Source: Trichodelitschia bisporula (lineage: Eukaryota). From it: DNA of 64,000 bases. Position numbers and translations under genes: made by a program. The stretch spans positions 1,246,174 to 1,310,173 of the forward strand of contig ML996691.1 of NCBI GenBank assembly GCA_010356995.1. The letters run 5' to 3'. Below, piece by piece: positions 26,143 to 39,086 of the stretch. Position 1 is the stretch's first letter; each line of letters opens with the position of its first letter. The notes under the pieces were generated by a model. It saw only the letters and a list, made by a program, of their open reading frames with translations. It did not search any database and was not told the DNA's origin.

Positions 26143-27028
26143 ATGTCCCTCCTCCTCCGCCGCACCACCGCGAGCCGCAGCATCCTCGCTCGCCAATTCC
26201 ACACCTCCCCCCGCACCCTCGTCAAAATCGGCGACCGCGTGCCCTCCATCGAAGTCTACGAGGACAGTCCGGGCAACACCGTGAACCTAGCCAAGGAGCT
26301 CCAGGGCAAAGGCCTTATCATCGGTGTCCCGGCTGCGTATAGTAAGTCAATTGCCTCTCAATTGCATCCCTAGCTCCGGCTTGTGATCTGTCCCGGCCAT
26401 CAATTACATCGGGATGCTATCCGCGCTGAACGCTACCCGACCCCGTTGGCTATTAGACCCCTGTCCGTGCTTCAATCGCGGGTCCAGCACGAGCTGCCCG
26501 GACCTAAGTGAACGTGTACTGACCACCCGACCCCAGGCCCCGCATGCTCCGCCTCGCACATCCCCGGGTACATCAACAGCGCCAAACTCTCCTCCGCGGG
26601 CCCAGTGTTCGTCGTCTCTGTCAACGACGCCTTCGTGTAAGCCCCATTTTCCCAATTCCCCTCCCCCCAAATTCCCCTCCCCTCCTCTCCAATCCCCCCA
26701 CCCCCCTCCCCCCAAACCCAACTAACACCCCTTAGCATGAAAGCCTGGGGCAAGGACCTAGACCCCAGCGGCAAGAGCGGAATCCGCTTCGTCGCCGACC
26801 CCGCAGGCAAGTTCACCAAGGCGCTGGATCTGGAGTTCGACGGCAAAGCGATCTTTGGGAATGATCGGAGTAAGCGGTATGCGCTTGTGATTGAGGGGGG
26901 AAAGGTTAAGAGCGCGTTTGTGGAGCCGGATAATACGGGGTTGGAGGGTGAGTTTTTGTGGGTTTGAGATGGGTGAGGGTGAGCTGACGGGGTTTACAGT
27001 TTCCAAGGCGGAGAATGTGCTTGGTTAA
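26143..27028 (+). CDS. Prx5/Ahp1-type peroxiredoxin with mitochondrial-type presequence, 4 exons
   Basis: Arg/Ser-rich leader MSLLLRRTTASRSILARQFHTS; GVPAAYSPACSASHIPGY (peroxidatic Cys); SVNDAFVMKAW; RSKRYAL. Introns 26342-26536, about 26637-26736 and 26948-26999. Confidence 0.93.
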
Positions 27029-27222
27029 GTGCCTCCCCGCGCGTGGGAGGTTCGACTTGGGTGTGCATTCGAAGCCAGTGGGGGAAAAAGGAGACTTCAA
27101 GCATTCTAGCACGGGATATTTCAGAGCTCAATAGATCTTTGATGTTAGGGCATCAGAACATGAGGAAGTCTGACCCCTGACTAGGTTTAGCCTCGAAATC
27201 CGTCAAATGGAACCCTCAGTAC

Positions 27223-30200
27223 CTAAGCTTCCTCCTCATCGTACTCCACCTTTTCTGTCGTGATACACCCATCCCTGGCTTCGTAAATCACCCTCTCCCG
27301 TCGCATCTTCCCGTCGCTCTCCCTTATCACCCGAAGTACCGGCCTGACTTCGGTGCACATCTGTACCCTTCCCGCGGTGCGTACGGCTGCTTCAGGCGGA
27401 ATTCCCAACGCGCCATTCGAAGCAGGGAGGACCCTCTCCGACCGTTCCATCGGCGAGAGATAGGAAGCTCCCGCTGCGGTTTCGTCGAGCAGCTTTGCGC
27501 AGTCGTCGAGGAAGACCAGGCTGGGACTCCGGGCCATCGGGGTATGGCCGCTGAGCTGCGGATGCGCCTCCTCCTGCTCATCATCCGAGTCCTCGATGGA
27601 CCTGCGCTTCCTTGCGCTCCTTTCCACCCCGCTCACCCACTCCACACCCACCCCTCTCCCCCCGTACGCGTCCCAATCTCCTCCATACCCGTCCCCGCAC
27701 CCCTCCCTCCCCCCTCCTCCCAAACCTCCCTCACCGCACCCCCCAACGCAAGCGTAACCGACCTCGCAACCCCATTCCCCACAATCCCCCAACTGCCGCC
27801 CCATGCCCCCACCACAACCTTGTGGTCCAAGTACCCCTGCACGCGCCTCACCTCCCCCACCGTGAGGCACCTGCTCTCCCCCCAATGCACCCTAATCCCC
27901 GCCTTCGAACCCGTCGGATCACTGAACGTCGTAATCGTCGGCGCCAGCCCCTCGCCTTTCACCCTCTGATACGCATGACTCGGCCGTAAACTCGCCCTTG
28001 CTTCAAACTCCTCCAATTTCGGCCCGAGAACACCGACCTGGCTGGCGCGTTTTAGGTTCATGCCTACCGGCACCGCAGCAATGGCGACTCGTTTTATAGG
28101 CCTGAGGATGCTGACGAGCCGGTGATCCGGCTGCGCCGCGCACACGCCCACATGCCCGTCGCCCAGGAAGGGCAAGTCCGCACACACAGCCGCGGGACTC
28201 ACGTGGCCGAACGGTGTGAGCTCGAACTTGCGCTGCACGTACGGGGTCCCATCCGGCGCACGATCTAGATTACTCGCCCGGGTGCCAAAGCCAGGCGGGT
28301 GAGCATGCGTCGACTGCGGTGGGCGCAGCGGCGGGCCCCCCGGCGCCGCGGCCGCAATAAATAGCCGGGTGCGAGACTGTGGCGTGCCGTGCGACTAGGC
28401 GTCCAGGGCGAAGGGGTGCAGCTGGTAGCCCATCGCCACCAGGGCGCCCATGAAAGTGCCGAAAAGCCCGGCCGCGGCGCGAGAGCGCGTGAGGCTGGGG
28501 ACGTTTTCGAGGAGGGCGTAGCGCGGGGTGTAGGTTGCGATAAACGCGGCGATGGAGGCGAGTTTACTGGCGTTCAGGACGGAGCGGCGGGAGTGCGGGC
28601 TTGGTTGCAGCAGACTGAAGGCCTGGCACGGGGAGCCCGCGGAGATAAAGTCCACAGCGCCGACGGGGGGGACGAGGGGGGAGGATTCGCCGCGCAGGGA
28701 CCGGTGAGGAGGTCGTCTACTGAGCCGTAGAAGATGCTGATGGAGGGGTTGAGCCGGTTGGCGAGCAGCGTGTGCACGGATTGGAGATCCCATTTACAAG
28801 CCCAGTGCACGTCGATCGCGCCGCCTTCTTCGAGACCCCGGTCGAGGTTGCCGCCGCCGGAAAGGAGGGATAGGGCGGCGAGTTTGGGGTGCGCCGGGGA
28901 GGGGCGTGGGATCCCAGCCTTGGAGGAGGGGGAGGGACTCGTGGGGCGTGAGGGGCTGGAGACGCTTCCCGGCGGCGGGGTCGATGCGGGTTGTGATGTA
29001 GAAGCAGTCGACCTGCCCGCCGCGATCATAGGGCGTTGGGATGAGCTTCTCGGAGACGGCTTGCGGTGTGTATGTCCGGATGTGGCACTTTCGGACTATA
29101 GCGTTGGCTGGCAAGTTCAGTATGTTTCCAGTCCAGACGAGCTCGTTTGGAGCGGCATTTCGGTCTCCGCAATTGCGGTTTCGGCGTAGTAGTTGGCAAA
29201 TTTTGATGTTCCCGTCTGCAGAGTTGTACACTACCACCGCCGGCTCGAGAACGGTGTTGTTTGCGAATGGCTTGACCAATACAGCAGTACCAGGAGGATA
29301 TACGGTGGTATTGTCATCCTGGTGATTGTCTTCCTGGCAGGAAGAGTGAAAGTCTTCTTTCTGCAAGGTCCTGAACGACTTTTCCTCGGCACGGTACGTC
29401 TGCCGAACAAACCAGTCATGTTCCGGAACCTCCTTTGGTGACCAAACCACATTGGTTTTCCCAAGAACATCAGCGAGCAGAAAGTCCTCGGATCCGCAGT
29501 TGCAATGGTCCGACATGAAGAGCTCGTTCTGAAGCGGGTAATTCTCCCCCAACGTCATCGCACCGGCGCGATACATCCAAGTGACCTGAAGGTACTGTTC
29601 TCCCAGTTTGTTCGGATAAATCTTGCGAACGTACGCCTCCCACACCTCCATCCCGCCCACCCAAACCGACTTCTCATCGCGGCTGACCAGGACCATATCT
29701 CCTTCACGGATCCTGCCGAAAGTTTCAGGCTTCGGGGCCGTAAATGATTCCCTTGTAACGAACGGTCGGAAACCCATGGCCTTCATTCGCACGCGCTGAG
29801 CAGCGAGGACTCTTTCGCCTGCTTGACATGCAAAACCGGGGCGAACGGCATCTTCTTGAAAAACTCGTACACAAAGGGCGTGACGATTGTGACTGCTGGC
29901 AAGTCCTTACTTCTAGTGGGAGGTTGCCGCTCCACTGCCCTGAGCTTCTTCGCGTCGACCTCGCACCAGACGAAGCGCTTCCGCAACCGATCGCCGATGT
30001 TCGTGGCTTCTTTCCACAGATAATCGAAATGTGCCGCGACGGCAGGGCGGAAGTCCCAAATCGTCATTATGTTCAACCACTTCTGGAAGGGTTCTGAGTT
30101 GCCGTATCGCTCGACCAGCCATTCGCGGAAATGCGTCCGGAAATTACCAAGTTCGACGCTTTTGTAGGCAATCAGGTAGTCCACAAAATGCTTTCCAAAT

Positions 30201-30966
30201 GTCGCGATCCAGAGGAAGGGTTCGTAATAACAAGCGTATTCGGAAGCCAGGCGACCCAGACGAAACCAGATCCGGGACCTGAAGCGGTGTTGCACGGTGT
30301 ACGACTGGATCCCGATATCAGCCGCCGTGGGACAGAGGCTGTCGTAACCGTTGACGGAGAACACGTTGAATGGAAATCCGCACACACGTCGCTCCTCGCT
30401 GCCCACGTGTAGTGCTCCATCGAATAAGAATTATTTGCACCCGGTTCCAATACTGAGGTTGCGCAGGGAGATGAGTTCGCCGTTGCGGTTCTCCAGGTCG
30501 CTGGTTCCCGGGAGGTAGATAGCGAAGTCTTTGAGGTCAAAATCAATGAAGTCTTCCGAAGGGTCGTATCCAGAATAGCTGGAATGGTCCTTCTCCGCTT
30601 GATGTCGGCACCACACTTCCAAGAGCTCAACCAATGCTTGCTTTTCGGGAATGACAGGAAGGTGGTGACTCCAACCGTGATAGGCGGACTTGGGATACTG
30701 CAGTTCCGACCGTTGGAGGCCGATAGCCCGCTCGCGGATGCCTGGTCCTGAATATTGCTTCTTCTGTTTCTTAGCCGGGCGTTTGACTCAAACTCTGACT
30801 CTGACTCAATAGGCGAGTGATCCAACTCTGTGTACACGATGAAGGAATCTAGATCCGACTCGACCGTGGCCCTTGCCCGTCGGCAAACCGATCGCTGCCG
30901 AACAGTGGCATTACGAGCGCGAATTTGTGCCGGGGTCAGAAGTGGCTGATCCGAATCCGAGTCCAT
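27223..30966 (-). pseudogene. dim-2: DIM-2-type DNA (cytosine-5) methyltransferase, disrupted
   Basis: In order: N-terminal replication-foci-like region (FLFDG..YYEPFLWIATFGKHFVDYL), BAH domains (NELFMSDHCNC, PNELVWT), motif I SGGGNLDRGLE, motif IV AGSPCQ, VI ENV, VIII PQSRTR, IX RCLTVGEVRRVQG, X GNGV. Stops at 30431-30433 and 28395-28397; frameshifts near 30790, 29790, 28895, 28703 and about 27670, without usable introns. Confidence 0.88.
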
Positions 30967-32351
30967 GATGATGGCTTCCAACTCTGGTTTGATATCCGGG
31001 ATTGGTGTTGAATCAAAAAATCATAGATCTGGCCGCGGCTGTGCAATTGGGTGCTCTGTATCCAATGCGGTGATCGAAGCCGATTTCATTCGCTGGATCG
31101 GTGCCGGTGTTACACATTCTGCTCGGCCGGTTAGCTTCAGTGATACCGCGCATGGAAATCCACCTACCGTGATCCGGCACGCTCATCGGCTGAGCACGAA
31201 GCGAGAAGTTCGCGAAGGGAAATGATCGAAAGGAAAAAGGGCAGGACATTGGTAGAAATGCGCTCGAGAGAACTTAAGTGCATGTACGTCGCGTGCAAGT
31301 ACCCGAAACCATAGAGGATTCCGTAGAAGCAAGGGGAATAGAGTAAGGTTATGGACGCCTGAAAACAAATCGACGCTCCTGGATGCATTCTGTAGGAGAA
31401 GACCAAAGGATTGCCTTGATTTTATGTACAAGCCCGTGCGATTATATCTCGGGGCCAAGAAGCAATGCTGTGGGCGCTCACAGATAAAGCAGGTGCGTTT
31501 CCAGGCAGGTACGCTGCAGATGTACAAGCCGGCACGCGCACACCAGCCATTTGACGAACGCTAAAAGGATGCAGTTGAGGAAAAGCACGCATGTAGAATA
31601 GAAGCCAAGGAGGGCAGAGGTCGAACGACGATATATAGTTGCAAAGCAACGGCCAGTTGTCCCAGAGGACACGGTACGAGGTACCGTCTGAGGTGGTGTT
31701 TAGCGTCAAAGTCCACAAGTGGAATGTCCGGATCACGCTCACGTGCCAAAACACGCCAAGTCACAAGGCGATCGTCCGCGGCTGGCATGGGAGGAAATCT
31801 GGTGACAGGTCGTAAGTCCTGCTGAGCGCATGTGGCTTCCCTGTGTGCTGTAGATAACAGTCATTTGCTGCCGTCGACCGCCCTGGACAACGACTGAACA
31901 TCCGGGGACATGTTTTACACATAGTTTGACCACAAGTTTGTCGGAGAGGTGAAAAGCGTCATTACAGCGGACGGGATGAGCCCGAACCAACGCACCGCAC
32001 GTTGCGGCGTAACCGTGTCATTCCTAGAAAGAATCCCATAGTCCCGTTGAATCTAGTAGTTGCATGTGCCGCAACTAGCAATGCAATTTGAAGTTCCTGC
32101 CACCCATATGCAGTCTGAGAAAGAAGCCTGGGTTCGAGGACGAATTGTACCTTTGACCCGACGGTGCCATATCATGTACCCCGTAACGCCACACCAGTCA
32201 TTCTCGAGAAGAGCCCTTGTCCAGGAAATCGCCCAGCTTTCAACTTTGTCTCCGAAACTCCAGCGCCTGGCTCCGCAAACTTGACCATCTTTCTGATTCC
32301 GTGCAGCGAGTGCGGACCCACAGTCTTCACCTCCGGGGCCCGCGCCTCATG

Positions 32352-32964
32352 CTAATCGATACCATGCTGCTGTTTGAGGGCTTCTAAATTGGCACGGCGC
32401 TGCTCGAGGTCCTCTTTTGACTTGGCCATCTTCTCTGGCTGGTGGTATAATACTGTCGAGTGTCAGCAGGGAACGGGCGGAAGGACGCAGAACGGGCGCA
32501 ACACGTACCCACGAGGTAGCGGTTCTGGAAGTTGAAGCCGTTTAGCTTATCGCAGGCCTGTTTGGCATCCATGACATCTTCGTAGACGACAAACGCGGTG
32601 CCCTTGGTGTTGTTGGCAATGCCCTGACGGATTTGGCTGCAAGACTCATCAGCATGGCCATCAAATGGAGGCGTAGTATCCATCGAGTTCACATACCGGA
32701 TAGGGCCGAACTTTCCAAAGAGATCGAAGAGATCCTCGGGAGTAACGTTGTAGCTGGATGGGCATCAGTCGCGCACGATGGAAAAGGTAGAGCGAAAGGC
32801 TCCATTCATCTCGGTGGCATCGTCATACCTCAGGTTCTTTACGAATAGAGCTCTGTGAGGTTAAGTCAGCATGTTGACGGGTCGCGTGGCCGGATGCCCA
32901 AGGCAGACGGGAAAGGGAGGACGAACCGATTGACTTCTGGGGCAAGTTTACCACCGCGACTCAT
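32352..32964 (-). CDS. SF3B6: Pre-mRNA branch-site protein p14 (SF3b14/SF3B6), 5 exons
   Basis: Spliced: [100 protein letters not shown] domain; four canonical introns. Confidence 0.95.
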
Positions 32965-34126
32965 ATCTTGGCTAAATCGGTGGAGCGAATCTTTTTCTCT
33001 GCGGACGTTGAAGACGCGGGTTGCGAAGCGGGGGGGTTGGTGTCGATGGATTGGGTGGGTGAGATCGGGGCGAGGGGGGTGGTGTTGAGAGGCGTGGTGG
33101 AGGTCTGCCGGCAGTGCAGGCGGAGGCAACGGAGATCACGGTCACAGAAGCCCGCGAGTGGACGATTTGCAGGCGCACGTGACCGGGTGGAGCGGAGGTG
33201 GGCTGCGTCTGTTTGCGGAGGGCGGACGACTGGTCGATCTTGGGTTCAAGCCTTCACGACTGTGCGACGGGAAGAGTTGCTACACCGGAACGCGTTCCTT
33301 AGAGACTGTTATCGACGAAAAATGAGGAAAGGACAGAGAGAAGCAGAAGGCGATGATGTATGCGCATCGACAAGATTTCAACGTTGGAAGTAGTTTGACG
33401 ATGTGGTGGTGACTGCAGCCGTTATTTCCCCTCCCCAACGGAGTGAATAAACTTTATCCTCAGGCAAGAAACTGCAGCAGATCAGGCAGCAACTGCTTCT
33501 TGGTGAGAGAGAGCCGTGGATGCCTGAGAGAGCATCGAGGGAGGGACGAAAGCGACGGGGAAGGACAGAAACGACTGCAGCCATGGCGTCTCAATCCACA
33601 CTGCAACAAGAAAAATCAAGCAATAACCGTCTTGTGTATCACCATCGCTACCTCTATCTATCATCGTCTTCTTGTGCAGCCCTCGCTGTTCCTTTGCGCG
33701 TCGAGTTCTTCGCGCCCTCGCGTTGCTGGGGCCTCGCTTATACTCAGTGTCGGTGCCTGCGGTGACTTCTGCGGGCTCTGCGGGCTCCTCTCTCTCTCCG
33801 TCTCGTCGACTCCCCGCCAGCAACTCCCCTCTCGCCCTGCCTCCTCTACCTAACCTACCTACCTACCCCCCCCCCAATAACACCACCACCACTCTCTCAT
33901 CTCAACCATCCCACGATAACTGCAGTAACTCCTTTCACATCTGACTCTTCCAGCGCCTCTAGATGCTTAACGCTCTTCTCTGCCACTTCATCCACCTCTC
34001 CCGTCTCGACTGGATGGGCCGCAAGCGGTGCTGAACTGCCGCCGACCCCCCTCCTCCCCCCGGCGGCATCTTCTCTATCGTCCCACTTCACTCGTCCGCG
34101 CCATCTCTTCTGCAACTCTCACTACA

Positions 34127-37100
34127 ATGAGCTGCAACTCATTCCGCAAGGGATTAGTGGATCCTAATGCGCGCACAAGATCCCCGCCACGCGCATCCGA
34201 CGCCGTTGAGCTGTTGCCCGATTCCCTCTTCGTGAAAAACATCGCCGAGCGACTGAAGACTAGTCGTCCCAACTCCGTTCCGTTCCTCGTCGCCAACCAT
34301 ATCGCGCCTCACGCCCAAAGTCGCAAAAATAACAAGAGAACAGATACAGTCCGACATCGCGTCGCGAATCCGCAGGCGCCGCGACACTCGCACTCTCACT
34401 CCGCGAGCGCCAACATGCACATACCCCCTCAGTCGCCCATCGACGCCCTTGCGTCTGTTGCCGTTCAAGTCACAAGTCCCACCTTCCACAACCACCTCAT
34501 CTTGGATCATGAAGCGCATGGTTTGCCGGCGCCGAACACACATGCCTCACTGCGTTGGGACGCCCCTCACCAGGATGTCGGCGCGCGCGGATTTGGCACG
34601 GAAGGGCGGCCGGCGAAGCGTGCCCGCTCCGAGATGCTCCCATCACCGCAGCAGCAGTCGCCAACGTTCGTTGACGCGAACGTGCGCCCTTCGACGAGTT
34701 ACAACATGTCCTTCGGTTGGAGCTACAACGTGGAGCAGTCCATCGACCGTGGCCATCGTCTCGGCGCGTCGCCGGCGCTGGCGCAGAGCCTGAATTTCGC
34801 AGAGCCTCCGATCTTGGACGAGAAGCGCATGAGCGACGCAGAGCTGTTACTTGGCTTCTCAAGAGGTAGCAGCCATTCATTGACAACTGCGTCGGGTTTC
34901 GGGCAGCAGCGCATCGGCCCTCCAGAGGAACATCATTCGACTCCTGTCCGGCCTTACGAGAGGCATGACAATGCTCGCAATCTAGCTTTCTTGACTTCTC
35001 CCGTCATACCTACGCCGAGTAAGCATATGCCGATGTTGCGGAATCCTCCGGCGGCTGCCGTTGCAGCAAATCCTCACCCGCTGCATTTCGATCATCTGTC
35101 CCCGAAGGCCGCGATGCAGACGCATACCCCTCCCGATGATCTGGGTATCTCCGGTCTTCAGCCGAGTCCAGTGGCAGATGTGGCGTCCCTGCACTATGTG
35201 CCAACGATGGAAGAGGTGGTCGCCGAAACCAAACAGGAAGAAGCAAACGGGCTGCATGTGGACAACGCTGTTACCCTCCCCACGACATCGCACATGGATG
35301 AACGTTATATCGGCATGAGAGTTCCGACCAGTGGTGGAGATGCGCAGTTTCATTCTCCACAGAGTTTACCTGCCGAAATGGACGATTCTGCCACCGCTCA
35401 CAACGGCGTTGTAGGAGCTCAAGCCTTTGCCAAGCAGCAAACTACAATTCCTGAGCACCATATGCTTCGAGCGCCTACTTCGAGCAATAGTCGGCGTCAG
35501 AGCACTGCTTCCAAACCAACCTTCTCCGTCTCTGACTTACACCCATCTACTCCACGTTCTCACTCTCTGCCCCCATCAACAATGGCTGACAACAAGCCCC
35601 CTACCCCCCAGAACGAGAAGGAGTCTACCGAAACCACGGTGCCTGCTAAAGGTTTCACCGACGAGGATACTCGGTGTGCTGGGTGCAATTTCTCTCCGGA
35701 TTCTCTGTCTGATGAACACATCGACTGGTTGAGTTGCGACGGCTGTAACGGATGGTATCACGCGGCCTGCGCCGGATACTCAGCGCGCGAGACCCGGCGC
35801 ATCGATAAGTTCTTCTGCCGGGTGTGCAAGCCCATTCATGGGGCAACAACATGTACGTATTCCGATCTCAAAGTAACACTCGCTAACAAGACCCAGTCCT
35901 TCGGAAGTCGACTCGTGTGCATACCTCAGTGGACTATGCTGGCCTCAATGAGGGGGTGTATCGGACCGGCGAGGAGAACCCGGAGCACCACTACATCCCA
36001 CCCCTGAAGCGTGGAGACCTAGAATTCCTCCCGGAAACCTTCCCGCGTATGAGTCCGGAGATGGTTACTGCCGAGTATTTCGAGAAGTGCTTGAGTATGA
36101 CTGAACCGGTCGTCATCCCTGCGGCGCTTAATCCTCGTCCGCCGCCTGTCGGCAAAGTCCCTTTCATGTACCCCGGGCGCGAGAACGACATGACCCCTGA
36201 AGATAACATTCCGGAGACGAATGTGGAATACGAGGTGGTTCCTGACGATGGTCAAGACGGCCTGGACATGGTCATCCCGCAAGGACTGACCGTTCGCGAC
36301 GTCGTCAAACTTTGCAGCCCGGACTACCCTGTCGAGGTCATCGACGTCAAGTCTCAGGAGGGCGACACCAAAAAGAAGTGGACGCTGCAGAAATGGGCCG
36401 ACTACTACGAATCGACGGGAGAGAAAGCTATCCGCAACGTCATCAGCCTCGAAGTCTCCCAGATGCCGTTAGGACGTCTGATCCGCCGCCCGAAGGTTGT
36501 CCGGGACATGGACCTGCAGGACGCTGTATGGCCGAAAAGTGACAAGAGCGCAAACTCCGTGGGCTTCTACTGCCTGATGTCCGTTGCAGACAGCTACACA
36601 GACTTCCACATCGACTTTGGTGGCTCATCAGTGTACTACCACATCCTTCGCGGCTCCAAGGTGTTCTTTTTCATCCCACCCACGAAGGCCAACTTGAAGA
36701 CATACGAGAAATGGTGCTGCTCGCCTGCGCAGAACTTCACGTGGCTTCCCGATCATACCCATGAGTGTTATCGAGTCGATTTGTCCGCAGGTGACACCAT
36801 GCTTATCCCCTCTGGATGGATCCACGCTGTTTGGACGCCGGAAAACAGCCTGGTCATCGGAGGCAACTTTCTCACCCGGCTTCACTACAGCATGCAACTT
36901 CGCGTCGTTGAGGTGGAACGGGCTTGCCGAACCGTAGACAGGTACAAGTACCCGCATTTCCAGAAGGTGCAGTGGTATGCCGTCTTGCAGTACCTGGAGA
37001 CGGACCCGCTTCCTGTAAGTGTGAGGCAGCAGTTCTATGAGGGCAAGAAGTTCAAGCGAGAGGTGCCGGTGTACCGTCTGTTCAACAGCTTCGGGCACAA

Positions 37101-39086
37101 TTCCGAGCCGGGCCCGGAGCAATACCACGCGCGGTACTATCCTAAGGCCGAGTTGGACGGTCTTCCGGACCTTGTTAGTTACATCTTCCGGACCGTCATG
37201 ATCTACATGAACCGCCTCGATGGCATTACCCAGCGGGCGCGCGACGCCGTCATCAAAAACATTCCCAAAGGCAAGGGCGATCCACTGGAAATTGCTAAGA
37301 ACTTCGCCATGTGGGCTGCCTGGAAGCGGGGCAATGAAGATATTCCGCAGTGGGCGCATCCAGACGGGGTACTTCCTGGAAAGGCCGATGCTGGCCAGAA
37401 GAAGATTAGCGCTGCCGAGATGAAAAAGTTGGAACGCGCGTCAGCTATCGATGCGAGTCGGATTCCTGAGCGTCAGTCGGCTCGTCTGTCCCTGGCTATG
37501 GAGAAGGAAAAGAGCGAAATAGCTGGTTCTCGCCAGTCGTCTCCTGCACCCGCTAGCACGCCGAAGACGTCCGTTCTTGGGCCGCGTCGCACGGCATGCG
37601 ATGTCTGCCGCAAGCGCAAGATGCGCTGCAAGCACATGGATCCCAGCGCCCCCACTAGCGGAGCGAAACTGTCCATGGACGAGTCTCCTGGATCCGCGCA
37701 ACGCTCGAGCAAGGTAATGGTTGCTGTCCTCATTCCGTCGTCTCCCTCTCTTACCGTAAAGCCGGCGACCGTCCAGGCGCCACTTGCAGAGACCGTAGCA
37801 CCCAACAATGGGACTACCCCGAACGCGGACAGCCAAGAGTCCAAAAAGGGTCGCAACAAGGCCTGCTCGGACTGCCGCAAATCAAAGGTAAGCCTTGAAC
37901 TCCGGGTTGAAGTTATTTCCCACTTTTGTATCTGACATGTCGCTAGCGACGCTGCATCCATGATGAGAACGGAAAAGTTGACCCTGTGAAGAAAAGCGAA
38001 CCGGTCGTTCCTCGTGGCTCGACGAAGCGGAAACAGCCTGGGGATGCAAGCACGCCCAGCAGCGCCAATAAGCGGGTCAAGAAGGAAGCCCCCAACTCGG
38101 CATCCAGCCTCCCTAGCCTCGGACATGACGCCATTCCGCTCGTCGTAGATGACCAGACTTCCGGCCACGAATACCGTGAGTCTTCCCTGGTCGGCGATGA
38201 CACTTTCATGGCCATGACGCCCACGCACTCGAACTCTATGCAGCGCCGCAAGTCGTCGTCAGCGAACGACCTGCAGCAACCACGTGAGGAAATGCCACCT
38301 GTGCTACAGACCGTCAACGATCCCTCCAACGGGCATCATGTGGTTGAAGAAACCAACGACATTGAAATGAAGGATGCGACACCTCCCAAAGCAACTCCTG
38401 AGCCCATCGATACAATCAAAGTGGCGCCTCGACGTGGCTCGGCACTGCGCCCTGGTGCGACGCCACAGGGTGCGAAAGACAAAGTGAGTACCCAAGGAGC
38501 GGACAAGGGGAACCGGTCACCAGCGACGTCGGCTCTCAGCGAACCACCGACTTCTCCTGTTTCGTACGCCAATGGCGTTTCTTTGGCTCTCCCCGCCAAA
38601 CGCCAGCGGAATCAATCTCTTACTTCGTCTGTTCTCAGCGATGCTCCAGTCGAGCAGTCTCCCAACGGCGTCGCGGAGCGGAGTTTGCAGCAGAACGGCC
38701 ATGACAGTGCAACGCCGACGCGCAGTCGGCAGTCATCACGCAACCCGAAAGCCGTAGAGCGCTTTACTGATATACAATCCGAGCATCCGACCGTACACTC
38801 CCCCGAAGCCTCTGCCCCTGCCGGCGCTGAGAATCCACGTCACTCGACTGTCGAGCAAGCAAAGAACCGACGGGCGTCTACTGGTCGTTCCAGCGCCCGT
38901 TCTTCTTCGAAGCTTGAGCAGGGTGCTAGGGCTCGGACTTCTCTGAGTGCCAAGGCTGAGATCAAGAAAGAGTCGGTTGCCGCGGATGCGCCACCTGTTG
39001 AGGAGACGGATGAGGAGAAGAGCTTGCGCGTAGCCATGATGCTGCAGCAAGCGGAGTTTGGGCTGCGGAGACGCGGCCGGGAATAG
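34127..39086 (+). CDS. JHD1: PHD + JmjC histone H3K36 demethylase (Jhd1/KDM2 family), 3 exons
   Basis: PHD (CAGC..WLSCDGCNGWYHAAC..FFCRVC); JmjC with TDFHIDFGGSSVYYH and IPSGWIHAV (HxD..H); NVISLEVS; two CxxCx6CxH motifs. Introns about 35853-35897 and 37888-37946. Start codon somewhat uncertain. Confidence 0.92.

Noticed and set aside
26420..26510. TPP riboswitch or H/ACA snoRNA in the peroxiredoxin intron
   Set aside because: Lacks the CUGAGA and UGAUC..UAAU cores, and has no properly placed ANANNA/ACA boxes.
27223..39086. dim-2 and JHD1 as a functional chromatin gene cluster
   Set aside because: Proximity alone is not evidence; they are separated by SF3B6 and no shared regulation is visible.
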